DNA of 64,000 nt from the NCBI GenBank assembly GCA_026706025.1, contig JAPOZO010000088.1, positions 35,669 to 99,668 on the forward strand, written 5' to 3'. This DNA is from Candidatus Poribacteria bacterium (lineage in GTDB: Bacteria > Poribacteria > WGA-4E > WGA-3G). This document shows positions 1 to 8,820 of the stretch, one piece after another. The notes beneath the pieces are model-generated. The model was not told the origin of the DNA. It did no database searches and saw nothing but the letters and a program-made list of their open reading frames with translations. Position numbers and translations under genes: made by a program. Within the stretch, counting starts at the first letter, position 1, and each line of letters starts with the position of its first letter.

Positions 1-2
1 CA

Positions 3-620
3 GAGGTTATAGACGCTGCCGCCGCGAGAAAACTCGGTCATAAAAACGGTGGTCTCTGTTTCCCGGACGCCAAAGCGAGCACCAAAGAGATTTATAGCGT
101 TATTTTGCTTCCGAGTTGCATATCGCTTCAAGAAGAAACCGTCAAACGTCTAAAGGCATTCACGAAAGCGAAGGGGAGGCTGATCATAGATGAACCTACG
201 CCGTATCTGCTGAACGGCAGGATAGGACTTGAGCCGTACCCGCTTGAGCAACTCATTTTCGGACGACGCACAACAATTCTCCGAGGTCCATCGGACGAGA
301 AGTTGTTAAAACTTGAAAAACGGCTCCGAAAATGGGTGCCCCGTATTGTCTCAGTGTACGTAAAGCCGGACAACAATCCGACAGATAGCGTTCAAGTCCT
401 CCATAGGGAAGCGGAAACCTCCGAAATTTTCTATCTATTCAACGCAAGCAGTGAACCGATAGATACTTTAATCGAGATACAGCGAAAGGCATTGAGCGTT
501 TCGGAGTTTGATCTGCTCAACGCAACAAAGGAAAACGTTACGTTTTGGCACGCTGATGAGAAGACCTATCTAAATAGTGTATTCACACCGAAACAGGGAC
601 GACTCTTCGTGGTATCATAG
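3..620 (+). CDS. Hypothetical protein, C-terminal part (the gene starts upstream of the window)
   Basis: The reading frame of ORF 105..620 stays open, with no stop, back to position 3. I recognise no motif. Confidence 0.45.
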   Translation, partial: EVIDAAAARKLGHKNGGLCFPDAKASTKEIYSVILLPSCISLQEETVKRLKAFTKAKGRLIIDEPTPYLLNGRIGLEPYPLEQLIFGRRTTILRGPSDEKLLKLEKRLRKWVPRIVSVYVKPDNNPTDSVQVLHREAETSEIFYLFNASSEPIDTLIEIQRKALSVSEFDLLNATKENVTFWHADEKTYLNSVFTPKQGRLFVVS

Positions 621-679
621 AGTAGTAGAATTGAGACTCAAACAGTTTCTGTCATTTTAAGAATACGAAAGGAGCAATT

Positions 680-2239
680 ATGACAGGTGGCGATATTTTT
701 GTTGAATGCTTGAAAGCACAAGGCGTTAAAGATATTTTCGGTTTACCGGGTAACCACTTGGACACCGTTTACGAGGCATTATATAACAACCAAGACAATA
801 TCCAGCACTATGTCACACGGCATGAAGGCGGTACGGCGTTTATGGCAGACGGCTACGCGCGTGCTACTGGCGATGTCGGTGTTTGTATGACTGTGCCGGG
901 TCCTGGATCAAATAATGCTTCTGTCGGCATCGGTGAAGCGAATACTGCTTCGTCACCAGTGCTTTGGATTACCGGGCAGAACCCATCCTACTTAGCACAA
1001 CGGGATCCGAAGAAAAGTTTTCACGGTTTGGATCAGAGAGCCGCTTTCACGCCGATGACTAAACATCTGGAGATTGTGCATCGCGTCGATCAGATTCCGG
1101 GGGCTATCAACCGGAGTTTTAGTGCGCTCCGTTCAGGCAGACCGGGACCTGTCCTGATTGAACTCGCAAAAGATGCGTTGGATGCAGAAGCCGATCTTCC
1201 CGTCCCGCCACGGAACAACGGTATTCAGACGACAGCAGCTCCCCAAGATATTGATGCTGCCATAGCACTCCTCTGTAAAGCAGAGCGTCCACTGATTATT
1301 GCAGGCGGCGGTATCAATCATACCCGCGCCACTGAAGAAATACTTGCGTTCGCGCAGCTGCTGGACGCACCCATCGTGATGACGGGTTTTGGAAAAGGTT
1401 CGGTGCCGGAAGACTCGCCACATTCCATCGGTATCTTCCGAGACGGCGTTGCGCAAGCTGCAATGAACGTCTCTGACCTCATCGTTGCTGTCGGCACCCG
1501 ATTCAACTATCGCGATACCGGCAACTGGAGCCTCAAGATTCCGCAACCGCTGTTGCATATTGAAGCCGACCCCGAGGAGATTCACAAGGAATACGCTGCG
1601 ACTGTCGGCATCGGTGCAAATCCGAAATTGGTTTTACGCCAGTTGAACGCTGCGCTGAGTGATGAGAAGCGGATAAGCGGTTGGGGTGAAGGTTTACAAG
1701 AATTACGCCGCCAATTTATGGCAATTGAACGTCCTCGCATCCTCAAGGAGATGCGCGATGTGATGCCCCGTGATGCCATCTTGTCGGTTGACGTTAACAT
1801 TACGGGTTATGGTGCACTGCCACATTTCCCTTGTTATCATCCAGGGACTTACATTTTCTCCGGTGTGTCTGTGGCAATGGGCATCGGATTGACGGGTGCT
1901 ATCGGTGCGCAAGTCGCCTATCCTGAGCGGAAAGTTGTCGCGCTGAGCGGTGACGGCGGGTTTTTAATGACGTGTCCAGACCTTGCAACCGCGGTGATGT
2001 ATAACCTACCCGTTGTGACGCTCGTGATGAATGACAATCAATACACCTCAATTGAGCGTGGGCAGCTGCGCCGGTTCGGCAAACGCATTGGTGTGGAGTT
2101 GGTGAACCCAGACTTTGTGCAATTCGCTGAATCCTTCGGTGCTGTCGGATTACGCGTTGAAGACCCTAACGACTTTAAGCCGATGTTTGAAAAGGCACTC
2201 GCTCTGGATAAGCCGGTTCTCCTTGAAGTCGTTAAGTAG
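680..2239 (+). CDS. Thiamine-pyrophosphate-dependent enzyme, acetolactate synthase large-subunit family
   Basis: The N-terminal TPP-enzyme signature is GLPGNHLDTVYEAL...VTRHEGGTAFMADGYARATG. The C-terminal TPP-binding motif is GDGGFLM...NLPVVTLVMNDNQY. Confidence 0.8.
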   Translation: MTGGDIFVECLKAQGVKDIFGLPGNHLDTVYEALYNNQDNIQHYVTRHEGGTAFMADGYARATGDVGVCMTVPGPGSNNASVGIGEANTASSPVLWITGQNPSYLAQRDPKKSFHGLDQRAAFTPMTKHLEIVHRVDQIPGAINRSFSALRSGRPGPVLIELAKDALDAEADLPVPPRNNGIQTTAAPQDIDAAIALLCKAERPLIIAGGGINHTRATEEILAFAQLLDAPIVMTGFGKGSVPEDSPHSIGIFRDGVAQAAMNVSDLIVAVGTRFNYRDTGNWSLKIPQPLLHIEADPEEIHKEYAATVGIGANPKLVLRQLNAALSDEKRISGWGEGLQELRRQFMAIERPRILKEMRDVMPRDAILSVDVNITGYGALPHFPCYHPGTYIFSGVSVAMGIGLTGAIGAQVAYPERKVVALSGDGGFLMTCPDLATAVMYNLPVVTLVMNDNQYTSIERGQLRRFGKRIGVELVNPDFVQFAESFGAVGLRVEDPNDFKPMFEKALALDKPVLLEVVK

Positions 2240-2269
2240 GTATTATCTTCTATCATAAAGGAGTTTTTT

Positions 2270-3472
2270 ATGAAAAAAAAGATTGGTGTTTTAACAGGGG
2301 GTGGCGATACGAGCGCGCTCAACGCTACCCTTAAAGGCATCGCGCTGAAAGCCGAAGAACTCGGTTTTGAACTCATCGGATTCATGGAAGGCTGGCGCGG
2401 TGTTTTGAAGGGTGGACACTACTTTACGCTAACGCCTGATCTGATTGACGAAAACCGGGGAGGGACGCTTCTAAAGAGTTCACGCACGAACCTGATTAAA
2501 GATGATAAGTTAGACGAGGCAGTAGAGAATCTTAAAAAACTCGACATTAGCGGACTCATTCCAATTGGTGGAGATGATACCTTAACGGTTGGCACAGCAC
2601 TGTCTGATCAATTTACAACCACATTCGTGACGAAAACCATTGATAACGATGTCGGTGTTAATCCACCAGAGGGAGACGCTGTTGACTACTCTAAAATGGT
2701 GAACTATTTCTGTCCCGGCTTCCCTTCATCCGCAAATAGCGTTATCAACTACGTCCGAGACTTACGGACAACGACCTATTCCCATGACCGTGTGATTGTC
2801 GTTGAAGCGATGGGGAGAGACGCGGGTTGGCTAACGTTATCTGCTGCTTACGGGCAAGCTGACCTGATCGTTGTCCCAGAAATACCGTATCAACCGGATA
2901 GACTCGCAGAAGCGATCCGTGAAAAACACACCGAACAAGGCAATGTTATTGTCGTTGTCTCGGAGGGTATTCGGAATGATGATGGCGAACTGATGATTAC
3001 ATCGGAAGCGGAACTCGACGCTTTCGGGCATACGAAACCGGGCGGATGCTCAGAGATTATCGTTGAAGCGATGAAGAAACGGCTCCCAGATATTTCGGAG
3101 TCGGCGTTCCGTGCCTTGATCCTTGGGTACCTCCAGAGGTGTGGCAGCCCGATACCCTTGGATAGAGACATCGCTATGAAGGCGGGTGCTATGGCGGTGC
3201 AAGCACTCTCAGACGGGATGTTCAACGGCGTCGCAACGATTACGCGAACAGATGCCGGTATTGAACCGACACTAATGCCGTTAGAGCAAGTCTTAAAGCG
3301 GGATGCGTCTGGTCACGTTATTCGGAGAAGTCTGGACCTGCGGTTTTACGATGCCGAACGGTATCAGATGTCCCCAGCGGGTGCCGGATATTTCCGTCCG
3401 TTGTTCGGGGACTTACCCCGCCCAGAATTATCATTGGATGATCGATTGATTGAGATCGGCGAGATTGGATGA
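2270..3472 (+). CDS. 6-phosphofructokinase (PFK family; the GGDDT variant may indicate PPi dependence)
   Basis: PFK motifs present: IGVLTGGGDTSALNA, IPIGGDDTLTVG and TIDNDV. Confidence 0.8.
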   Translation: MKKKIGVLTGGGDTSALNATLKGIALKAEELGFELIGFMEGWRGVLKGGHYFTLTPDLIDENRGGTLLKSSRTNLIKDDKLDEAVENLKKLDISGLIPIGGDDTLTVGTALSDQFTTTFVTKTIDNDVGVNPPEGDAVDYSKMVNYFCPGFPSSANSVINYVRDLRTTTYSHDRVIVVEAMGRDAGWLTLSAAYGQADLIVVPEIPYQPDRLAEAIREKHTEQGNVIVVVSEGIRNDDGELMITSEAELDAFGHTKPGGCSEIIVEAMKKRLPDISESAFRALILGYLQRCGSPIPLDRDIAMKAGAMAVQALSDGMFNGVATITRTDAGIEPTLMPLEQVLKRDASGHVIRRSLDLRFYDAERYQMSPAGAGYFRPLFGDLPRPELSLDDRLIEIGEIG

Positions 3473-3494
3473 TAGCGAGAGAATTTCTGTAAAT

Positions 3495-3521
3495 GTAGGC
3501 GCGGTTTGAAACCGCGCCTAC
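3495..3521. repeat. REP-like hairpin (GTAGGCGCGGTTT-G-AAACCGCGCCTAC) after the pfk stop; a possible terminator
   Basis: A perfect 13-bp inverted repeat that shares the GCGGTT...AACCGC core with the repeat family seen elsewhere in the window. Confidence 0.5.
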
Positions 3522-3577
3522 TGAAGTTGAGGCAACTCGTCTGTTTTTAGTTTTACAAAACCAAAGGAAAACAAGCG

Positions 3578-3793
3578 ATGAAAAAAGAACAAATCATGTC
3601 TCAAAATCCACGTGTGATGCACGGTGCTTTAGTTTTCGCTGGCACTCGGGTACCAGTCGAAATTCTGATTCAGTATCTTGTATCAGGTGATTCACTTGAT
3701 ACATTCCTCGCTGATTTTCCGACAGTCTCACACGAGCAAGCGGTTGCTTACTTGGAAATGACCTTGGAGTATGCGAATGCGCGTGTTGCTTGA
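3578..3793 (+). CDS. DUF433-family protein (putative antitoxin)
   Basis: About 70 aa with a GTRVPVEIL...VAYLEM pattern typical of DUF433. It overlaps the next gene by 23 nt. Confidence 0.65.
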   Translation: MKKEQIMSQNPRVMHGALVFAGTRVPVEILIQYLVSGDSLDTFLADFPTVSHEQAVAYLEMTLEYANARVA

Positions 3794-4100
3794 TGAAAAC
3801 CTTCCGCATCAACTGCGCCCACTTTTTGCGGACTCAATTGAAGTTATTACAGTTGGTTATCGCGGTTGGAACGGAAAAGAGAACGGAGAACTTCTGCGAA
3901 TGGCTGCGGCGGAATTTGATGCCTTTGTGACAACAGACAGAGGCATTTTGTATGAACAGAACTTGAAGGAGATTGAACTTGGTATTGTTCTGCTGGAAGC
4001 CAATAGGAATCACTACGAAGCACTTGCCTTGCTGATTCCTCACGTAAATACCGTATTGAAAACACTCCAAAAAGGGCAGGTTGTGCGCGTGAGTGATTAG
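3771..4100 (+). CDS. DUF5615-family (PIN-like) protein, putative toxin partner of DUF433
   Basis: The N-terminus MRVLLDENLP...TTDRG matches the DUF5615 pattern. It is translationally coupled to the DUF433 gene. Confidence 0.6.
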   Translation: MRMRVLLDENLPHQLRPLFADSIEVITVGYRGWNGKENGELLRMAAAEFDAFVTTDRGILYEQNLKEIELGIVLLEANRNHYEALALLIPHVNTVLKTLQKGQVVRVSD

Positions 4101-4322
4101 TGCTCAGTTGGGTTCACCGCATTCTACGCAATGGGGATTTACTAATTTTGGGTATAAATGCTTTTCCCCTCCCCGTAGTAAGAATCATAGATGTGCTGAT
4201 AAAGGGAAACCAGAGATGGAAAGGGTAATCGGTTTCTATAAACATTCTTAAAAAATGCCCAAAGAAATAAATCCTACAGGACTCAAGAGGCGTTTTGAGT
4301 GGATAAGGTTTGTGTCTAAAAT

Positions 4323-4385
4323 CCGGTGCGGTTGGGAAACCCCACCTACCGGATTTGGGACTGGAGGGGTTGGGAAACCCCACCA
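4323..4385. repeat. Two tandem REP-like hairpins (CCGGTGCGGTTGGGAAACCCCACCTACCGG and GGGGTTGGGAAACCCCACC)
   Basis: Stem-loops followed by a CTAC tail, in the same family as the 43718-44000 cluster. Confidence 0.5.
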
Positions 4386-4400
4386 ATGACATTTGGTTGT

Positions 4401-5573
4401 TTATGGACTCACAACCTTGTAGAGTTCTATTTGTCCGTTCCGGATCGTGTTAATGACAACGCTTTTAATCGGATGACGATTGGCATTGTAATGCGAAATA
4501 AACGTTGCCCCCTGGTGGCTGGTGATATTTGAAAGGGCATCCCGAACGGCAGCAGGATTGAGTGTTTGCGCTTCTTCTATGGCAGTCGCTAAGAGGGACA
4601 TGGCATCATAACCCGAAGCAGCCGCGCTATCTGGCGGGGTCATAAACAGGGCTGTATAAGCCTGGACAAAGTGTCCGGCACTCGGCACTTCTGGGCTAAA
4701 ATCTGCAGTAAAGTAAGCTCCCTCTAACGGTGCATTATCAGTTAATGTGCTGAAAAGTTTCTGAGCTTCATCCCAACTCCCAGGCCCAAGAAAAGTTGCT
4801 TGAATACCGATCTTTCTGGCTTGCGCCATTACGAAGTGAATATCTGGAATAATTCCTGCAATATACAGCACATCGGGTGCTGCGGTTTTGATGTTTGTTA
4901 GTTGTTCATCAAAGGTGTTACCGCCAACCTGATAAACTTCACTGGCAACGATTTTCCCTCCGAGTTCCCGAAAGTTATCTTCAAAGGCTTCTGTTAGGCT
5001 CTCTGTGTAAGCACTCTCAGTTTGACGGATAGTCGCGGCGGTTGTTGCGCTGAGTTCGGACGGCTCGATTGCGAATTGTGCCATTACCGCGCCATGGGCT
5101 GATGTCGTAGGGGCGACGAGAAACACAAAGTCTCCCGCAGCGGTCACATGATCGCCAGCGGAGCCGGGGATGATGAGACGCTGAAGTTGCTGGACAACAG
5201 GTCCAACCGCTATGGAATTGTTTGAGAATATAGGCCCCAGAATCGCTGAAACCCCGTCTTGTTCAATTAGTGTTTTTGCGATGCGGATACTTTCCGCTGC
5301 GTCGGGGACGAAACGCGTTCCCTGATTATCTCTGACGATAAATTCAATTTGCTTGCCGAGAACGCCACCGCGCGCATTGATTTGGGTCCGAGCGAGTTCT
5401 GCCCCTTGGCCGAAACCGGTGTAGTATCCGGAGGGTTGAATCACACCAATTTTAACAGTAGAGACAGCATCAGTGGCGGGAACATCAGGGACAATCACCT
5501 GTTTCACGCGTTCGCATCCGGTAAAGGATATAACCACAAATGCGATGAGGGTTAAGAAAATTTTTGTTTTCAT
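4401..5573 (-). CDS. ABC transporter substrate-binding protein, type-1 periplasmic binding fold (Leu/Ile/Val-binding LivK-like), likely a lipoprotein
   Basis: Signal peptide with Cys (FVVISFTGC). The overall periplasmic binding protein type 1 (PBP1) pattern resembles branched-chain amino-acid binding proteins. Confidence 0.65.
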   Translation of the reverse strand: MKTKIFLTLIAFVVISFTGCERVKQVIVPDVPATDAVSTVKIGVIQPSGYYTGFGQGAELARTQINARGGVLGKQIEFIVRDNQGTRFVPDAAESIRIAKTLIEQDGVSAILGPIFSNNSIAVGPVVQQLQRLIIPGSAGDHVTAAGDFVFLVAPTTSAHGAVMAQFAIEPSELSATTAATIRQTESAYTESLTEAFEDNFRELGGKIVASEVYQVGGNTFDEQLTNIKTAAPDVLYIAGIIPDIHFVMAQARKIGIQATFLGPGSWDEAQKLFSTLTDNAPLEGAYFTADFSPEVPSAGHFVQAYTALFMTPPDSAAASGYDAMSLLATAIEEAQTLNPAAVRDALSNITSHQGATFISHYNANRHPIKSVVINTIRNGQIELYKVVSP

Positions 5574-6121
5574 TATTGACTCCTTGTCTGAAAGGGAAAT
5601 TGCGCTGCGACGACGAATCGGTCATCTGTTTCAGGCGATCGGTAGATAAGACTGATGGCATCCACCTCACATCGTATCGGTTGCCATTCGGTTTGGAGAC
5701 GCTGCTGTTGGGTCTGCAAGACGCGGTGTTGGAATTGTCCGACGGAAAGATGTGGGTGGAATCCGCCAGCAAATCGTGCTGTGTCGTCGTAGTCGGGAAG
5801 ATGCTGCAGCAATATGTTGTGTAACTTCACGATTTCGGTCGCCGGTTCAGGAACAAGAAACATCGTACACGACTTTCGGTGTTGGAAAGCATCAAAGCGA
5901 GCGAGTTCAATGGAAAAAGGCGGGACCTGTTGTGCGACTCCTGTGAGCGCGGGCATGATCTCTGCGAAATCGCGACGTGCTGCGAATGGATAGAGCAGCG
6001 TTATATGAGGCATCCATCGCTGGAAGTTTCGGTCGTGAATCTGTCGGATGGCTTGGATGGGTGACTGTACGGTCTCTGGTGGAATAAGAACAACGGCTGT
6101 GGTGTGCGTTTTGCTTGGCAT
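5573..6121 (-). CDS. 2H phosphoesterase superfamily protein (LigT / 2'-5' RNA ligase-like)
   Basis: Two H-x-T/S-x motifs (HITL and HLSV). It overlaps the neighbouring gene by 1 nt. Confidence 0.55.
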   Translation of the reverse strand: MPSKTHTTAVVLIPPETVQSPIQAIRQIHDRNFQRWMPHITLLYPFAARRDFAEIMPALTGVAQQVPPFSIELARFDAFQHRKSCTMFLVPEPATEIVKLHNILLQHLPDYDDTARFAGGFHPHLSVGQFQHRVLQTQQQRLQTEWQPIRCEVDAISLIYRSPETDDRFVVAAQFPFQTRSQ

Positions 6122-6130
6122 AAATGAAAT

Positions 6131-6172
6131 AATGGCTGTCAGCAGTCAGTAGTCAGCAATCAGCGACCAACA
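6131..6172. repeat. Heptanucleotide microsatellite (GTCAGCA/GTCAGTA/GTCAGCA...)
   Basis: Tandem 7-mers immediately 3' of the stop codon of the SDR gene 6160..6960. Confidence 0.6.
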
Positions 6173-6960
6173 GACATCCCCCATCGACCACCATCAACAT
6201 GTAGCGTCTGTCCCGTAATGTAAGAGGCATCGTCGCTAAGGAGGAAAGCGATGGCGGATGCGATCTCTTCGGGGCCGGCACGGCGTTTCATAATGCAGGA
6301 ATTGATCGGCGTTTCCTCTAATTCTTTCTTCCGAGCAGCAGGGTCGGGTGCTTTGCCGAAATGCATCTCCGTAACGATCCACCCTGGCGCAATCGCGTTG
6401 ACGCGGATGCCATATTCAACGAATTCATAAGCCATTGTTTTCGTGAGAGAGACCAATGCGGATTTAATTGCATCGTAGACCCACCCACCGGGCCTGCCGA
6501 GAAAACCGCCCTCTGATGAGAGATTGACGATAGCAGCACCTTCCTGTTTCAAAAGCGGTAAGAGATGTTGTGTGATCAGTACCCAACCTCGGAGACCGAT
6601 TTCGGTTTCGGGTTGCCAATTTCGGATCCATGCGCCGTCTTCTATTGTGCCAGAACGCGCGATAGCAGCGTTATTGACGAGGACATGAAGCGCGGAAAAC
6701 TTTTCGGTGACAGCACCTGCAGCGGCGATAACGCTTTCATCATCAGCAAGATCAACTTCTACAAAAAGTGCCTTCCCACCTGTTTCTTGGATTTCGGCGA
6801 CTGCCTTGTGCGCCATTTCGGCGTCGTTGTCAGCAATGATGACCTGTGCCCCTTCGGCTGCGAGACGGTTCGCCGTCGCCCTACCGATACCAGAAGCACC
6901 CCCGGTTATCAATGCGACTTTATCTGTAAAACGGATTGTTCCCCATGGATTTGTTTGCAT
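6160..6960 (-). CDS. SDR-family oxidoreductase
   Basis: TGGASGIGRA nucleotide-binding motif, NNAA, and a YxxxK-type active site region. Confidence 0.85.
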   Translation of the reverse strand: MQTNPWGTIRFTDKVALITGGASGIGRATANRLAAEGAQVIIADNDAEMAHKAVAEIQETGGKALFVEVDLADDESVIAAAGAVTEKFSALHVLVNNAAIARSGTIEDGAWIRNWQPETEIGLRGWVLITQHLLPLLKQEGAAIVNLSSEGGFLGRPGGWVYDAIKSALVSLTKTMAYEFVEYGIRVNAIAPGWIVTEMHFGKAPDPAARKKELEETPINSCIMKRRAGPEEIASAIAFLLSDDASYITGQTLHVDGGRWGMSVGR

Positions 6961-7072
6961 GTGTAGTTTCCTTTTATCTACCTGTCAGCGACCAGCCATC
7001 GGCTGTCAGAAATCGTGAGCAGTGCTCACTCCTACAATTGGGTTGTCAACAATTAGCGATCATCTGCCAAAA

Positions 7073-7122
7073 GTCGCGAGCACGGGGAAACACCCCAGCA
7101 AAAACACTCGCGCCTACAAGAG
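7073..7122. repeat. About 50-nt conserved structured motif (CGCGAGCACGGGGAAACACCCCAGCAAAAACACTCGCGCCTACAAGAG). A second copy lies at 52231..52282.
   Basis: Nested inverted repeats (CGCGAG/CTCGCG around GGGG-AAACA-CCCC) ending in CCTAC. The two copies are about 85% identical. Confidence 0.5.
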
Positions 7123-7136
7123 ATATAAGATTCTTT

Positions 7137-7928
7137 TTATACACCTGCGGCGAAGCCACCGTCAACGAGGAGAGAGGCACCCGTAATCCATTCTCCGTCG
7201 TCGGAAGCGAGGAAGACACAGGCACGTCCAATGTCTCTCGGCAGACCGAACCGCGGTAATGCAGTTTTTTCGAGTGCTTCATTGATCTGTTCTGGCGTGA
7301 GGTAGTCCTGAATTGCTGTTTCAATATAACCCGGACAGATGGCGTTGACAGTTATGCCGAATTGTCCGATTTCTAACGCTGTATCTCTGACCATGTTGAC
7401 GACAGCGGCTTTCGCTGGCGCATACGCAGGACCTGCACCACCGCCATAAGCGTGAACAGAGGCGATCTGGATGATTCTGCCAAATTTTGACTGTTTCAGA
7501 TGCGGGATTGCGAGTTTCGTCGCGACGAAAACGCCACGGAGATTAACACCAACGACTTGATCCCAATCGGCGATTGAGATATCCTGCGCGCCACCGGGGA
7601 TGTGGATACCGGCATTATTGACGAGAATGTCAAGTCCACCGAAGTGTTCGACGGTCTGCTGTATCGCCTCAGCGACTTGTGATGCGTCAGCGACATCAGT
7701 CTGAACGAATATCCCTTGTGCACCGAGTTTTTCGATTTCCGTGACGGTGGGTGTCGTTACATCGGTTTCATGATATTTGCCGCGGAGGGGTGCTTTCTGC
7801 TTATCTATAACGGCGACACGTGCACCCTCACGGGCGAATTCAAGTGCGATACCGCGCCCGATGCCTGAACTCCCACCAGTTACAATGCAGATGCGATCCT
7901 TGAGTAGCATGAGTATCTTTCTCTCCAA
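7137..7928 (-). CDS. SDR-family oxidoreductase (3-oxoacyl-ACP reductase-like)
   Basis: TGGSSGIGRGIA, NNAGI, and YAPAKAAV motifs. Confidence 0.85.
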   Translation of the reverse strand: MERKILMLLKDRICIVTGGSSGIGRGIALEFAREGARVAVIDKQKAPLRGKYHETDVTTPTVTEIEKLGAQGIFVQTDVADASQVAEAIQQTVEHFGGLDILVNNAGIHIPGGAQDISIADWDQVVGVNLRGVFVATKLAIPHLKQSKFGRIIQIASVHAYGGGAGPAYAPAKAAVVNMVRDTALEIGQFGITVNAICPGYIETAIQDYLTPEQINEALEKTALPRFGLPRDIGRACVFLASDDGEWITGASLLVDGGFAAGV

Positions 7929-7943
7929 AGCAAACGGACAGCG

Positions 7944-8270
7944 CTACGTAACAAAAACTCGCTGGTAGTTGGCTGTTTTGTCTGAAGGCTTAATATGAAT
8001 TTCAACCTTGCGGTTCAGTCTCTTGAGAATCATTAGCAACCGCTCCACGGTGAAATTAAAATCCATTTCCTTCAGGCGGGACACATCAGACGGATCGAGT
8101 CCAAAGCGTGCTTCTGCTTTTGCCGGGGTTAGTTTTTGCTCCTCAAGAAGATGATAGATTGCGAAGGCGAGGTCTACCCTTAATTGTTCGTATTCCGCTT
8201 CTTCCTCAGAGAAACCGATGTCCAAAAACACATTCCCAGAACTCTCCTCAATTTTGATTTCTTCACTCAT
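7944..8270 (-). CDS. higA: HTH XRE-family antitoxin (HigA-like)
   Basis: A small HTH protein (NVFLDIGF...LTPAKAEARFGLDPSDVSRL) encoded downstream of the Gp49-like toxin gene and overlapping it by 8 nt. Confidence 0.65.
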   Translation of the reverse strand: MSEEIKIEESSGNVFLDIGFSEEEAEYEQLRVDLAFAIYHLLEEQKLTPAKAEARFGLDPSDVSRLKEMDFNFTVERLLMILKRLNRKVEIHIKPSDKTANYQRVFVT

Positions 8271-8619
8271 TTTTCCCCTCCATCTCTTGCACTATTCTCA
8301 GGCGTTGTTTAATCAGGTCAATTTCTCTTTTGGGCGTGCTGATACCACGAGTAGATTTCTTCTGAAATACATGAAGTACATAGATGTTCTCGCCAATCTT
8401 AACAGTATAAACCGCACGGTAGGTGTTCGTATCGTAACGAGCGACAATCTCAAATACACCTGAACCTACTCCTATCAGAGGTTTGGCATTCCGATGTTTA
8501 CCTCCAATTTGAGCAATACGTAATGCCTCACCTACTGCATCTCGTGCGGGTTTGGGAAAACGCCGTACCCGGTCACGAGAATCTCCAACCCACCTCACAT
8601 CTTTCATCGATTGATCCAA
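8263..8619 (-). CDS. higB: Gp49-like (HigB-type RelE/ParE superfamily) toxin
   Basis: Pattern W.GDS...FP...........GVFE...Y..TYRAVY......IYVLHVFQKKS, characteristic of phage Gp49-like toxins. The toxin gene comes first, as in higBA. Confidence 0.65.
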   Translation of the reverse strand: MDQSMKDVRWVGDSRDRVRRFPKPARDAVGEALRIAQIGGKHRNAKPLIGVGSGVFEIVARYDTNTYRAVYTVKIGENIYVLHVFQKKSTRGISTPKREIDLIKQRLRIVQEMEGKNE

Positions 8620-8820
8620 AATTCTACCTCTTTTGTATTATACCGTATCTTCCAAAATCTTTACAACATTTTCAGGAATGCATCCCTCAAGTTGTAGTAA
8701 CTGTTGGCTTGCTTGACATCGCCTTCAAGCCCGTGGACAGCGAGGTTCATTTTGCAGAATCTGATAGTTTCGGCGACACGCTCAACGCCGCAAAACTGCA
8801 GCTACCAAGTAGATTAAGCA

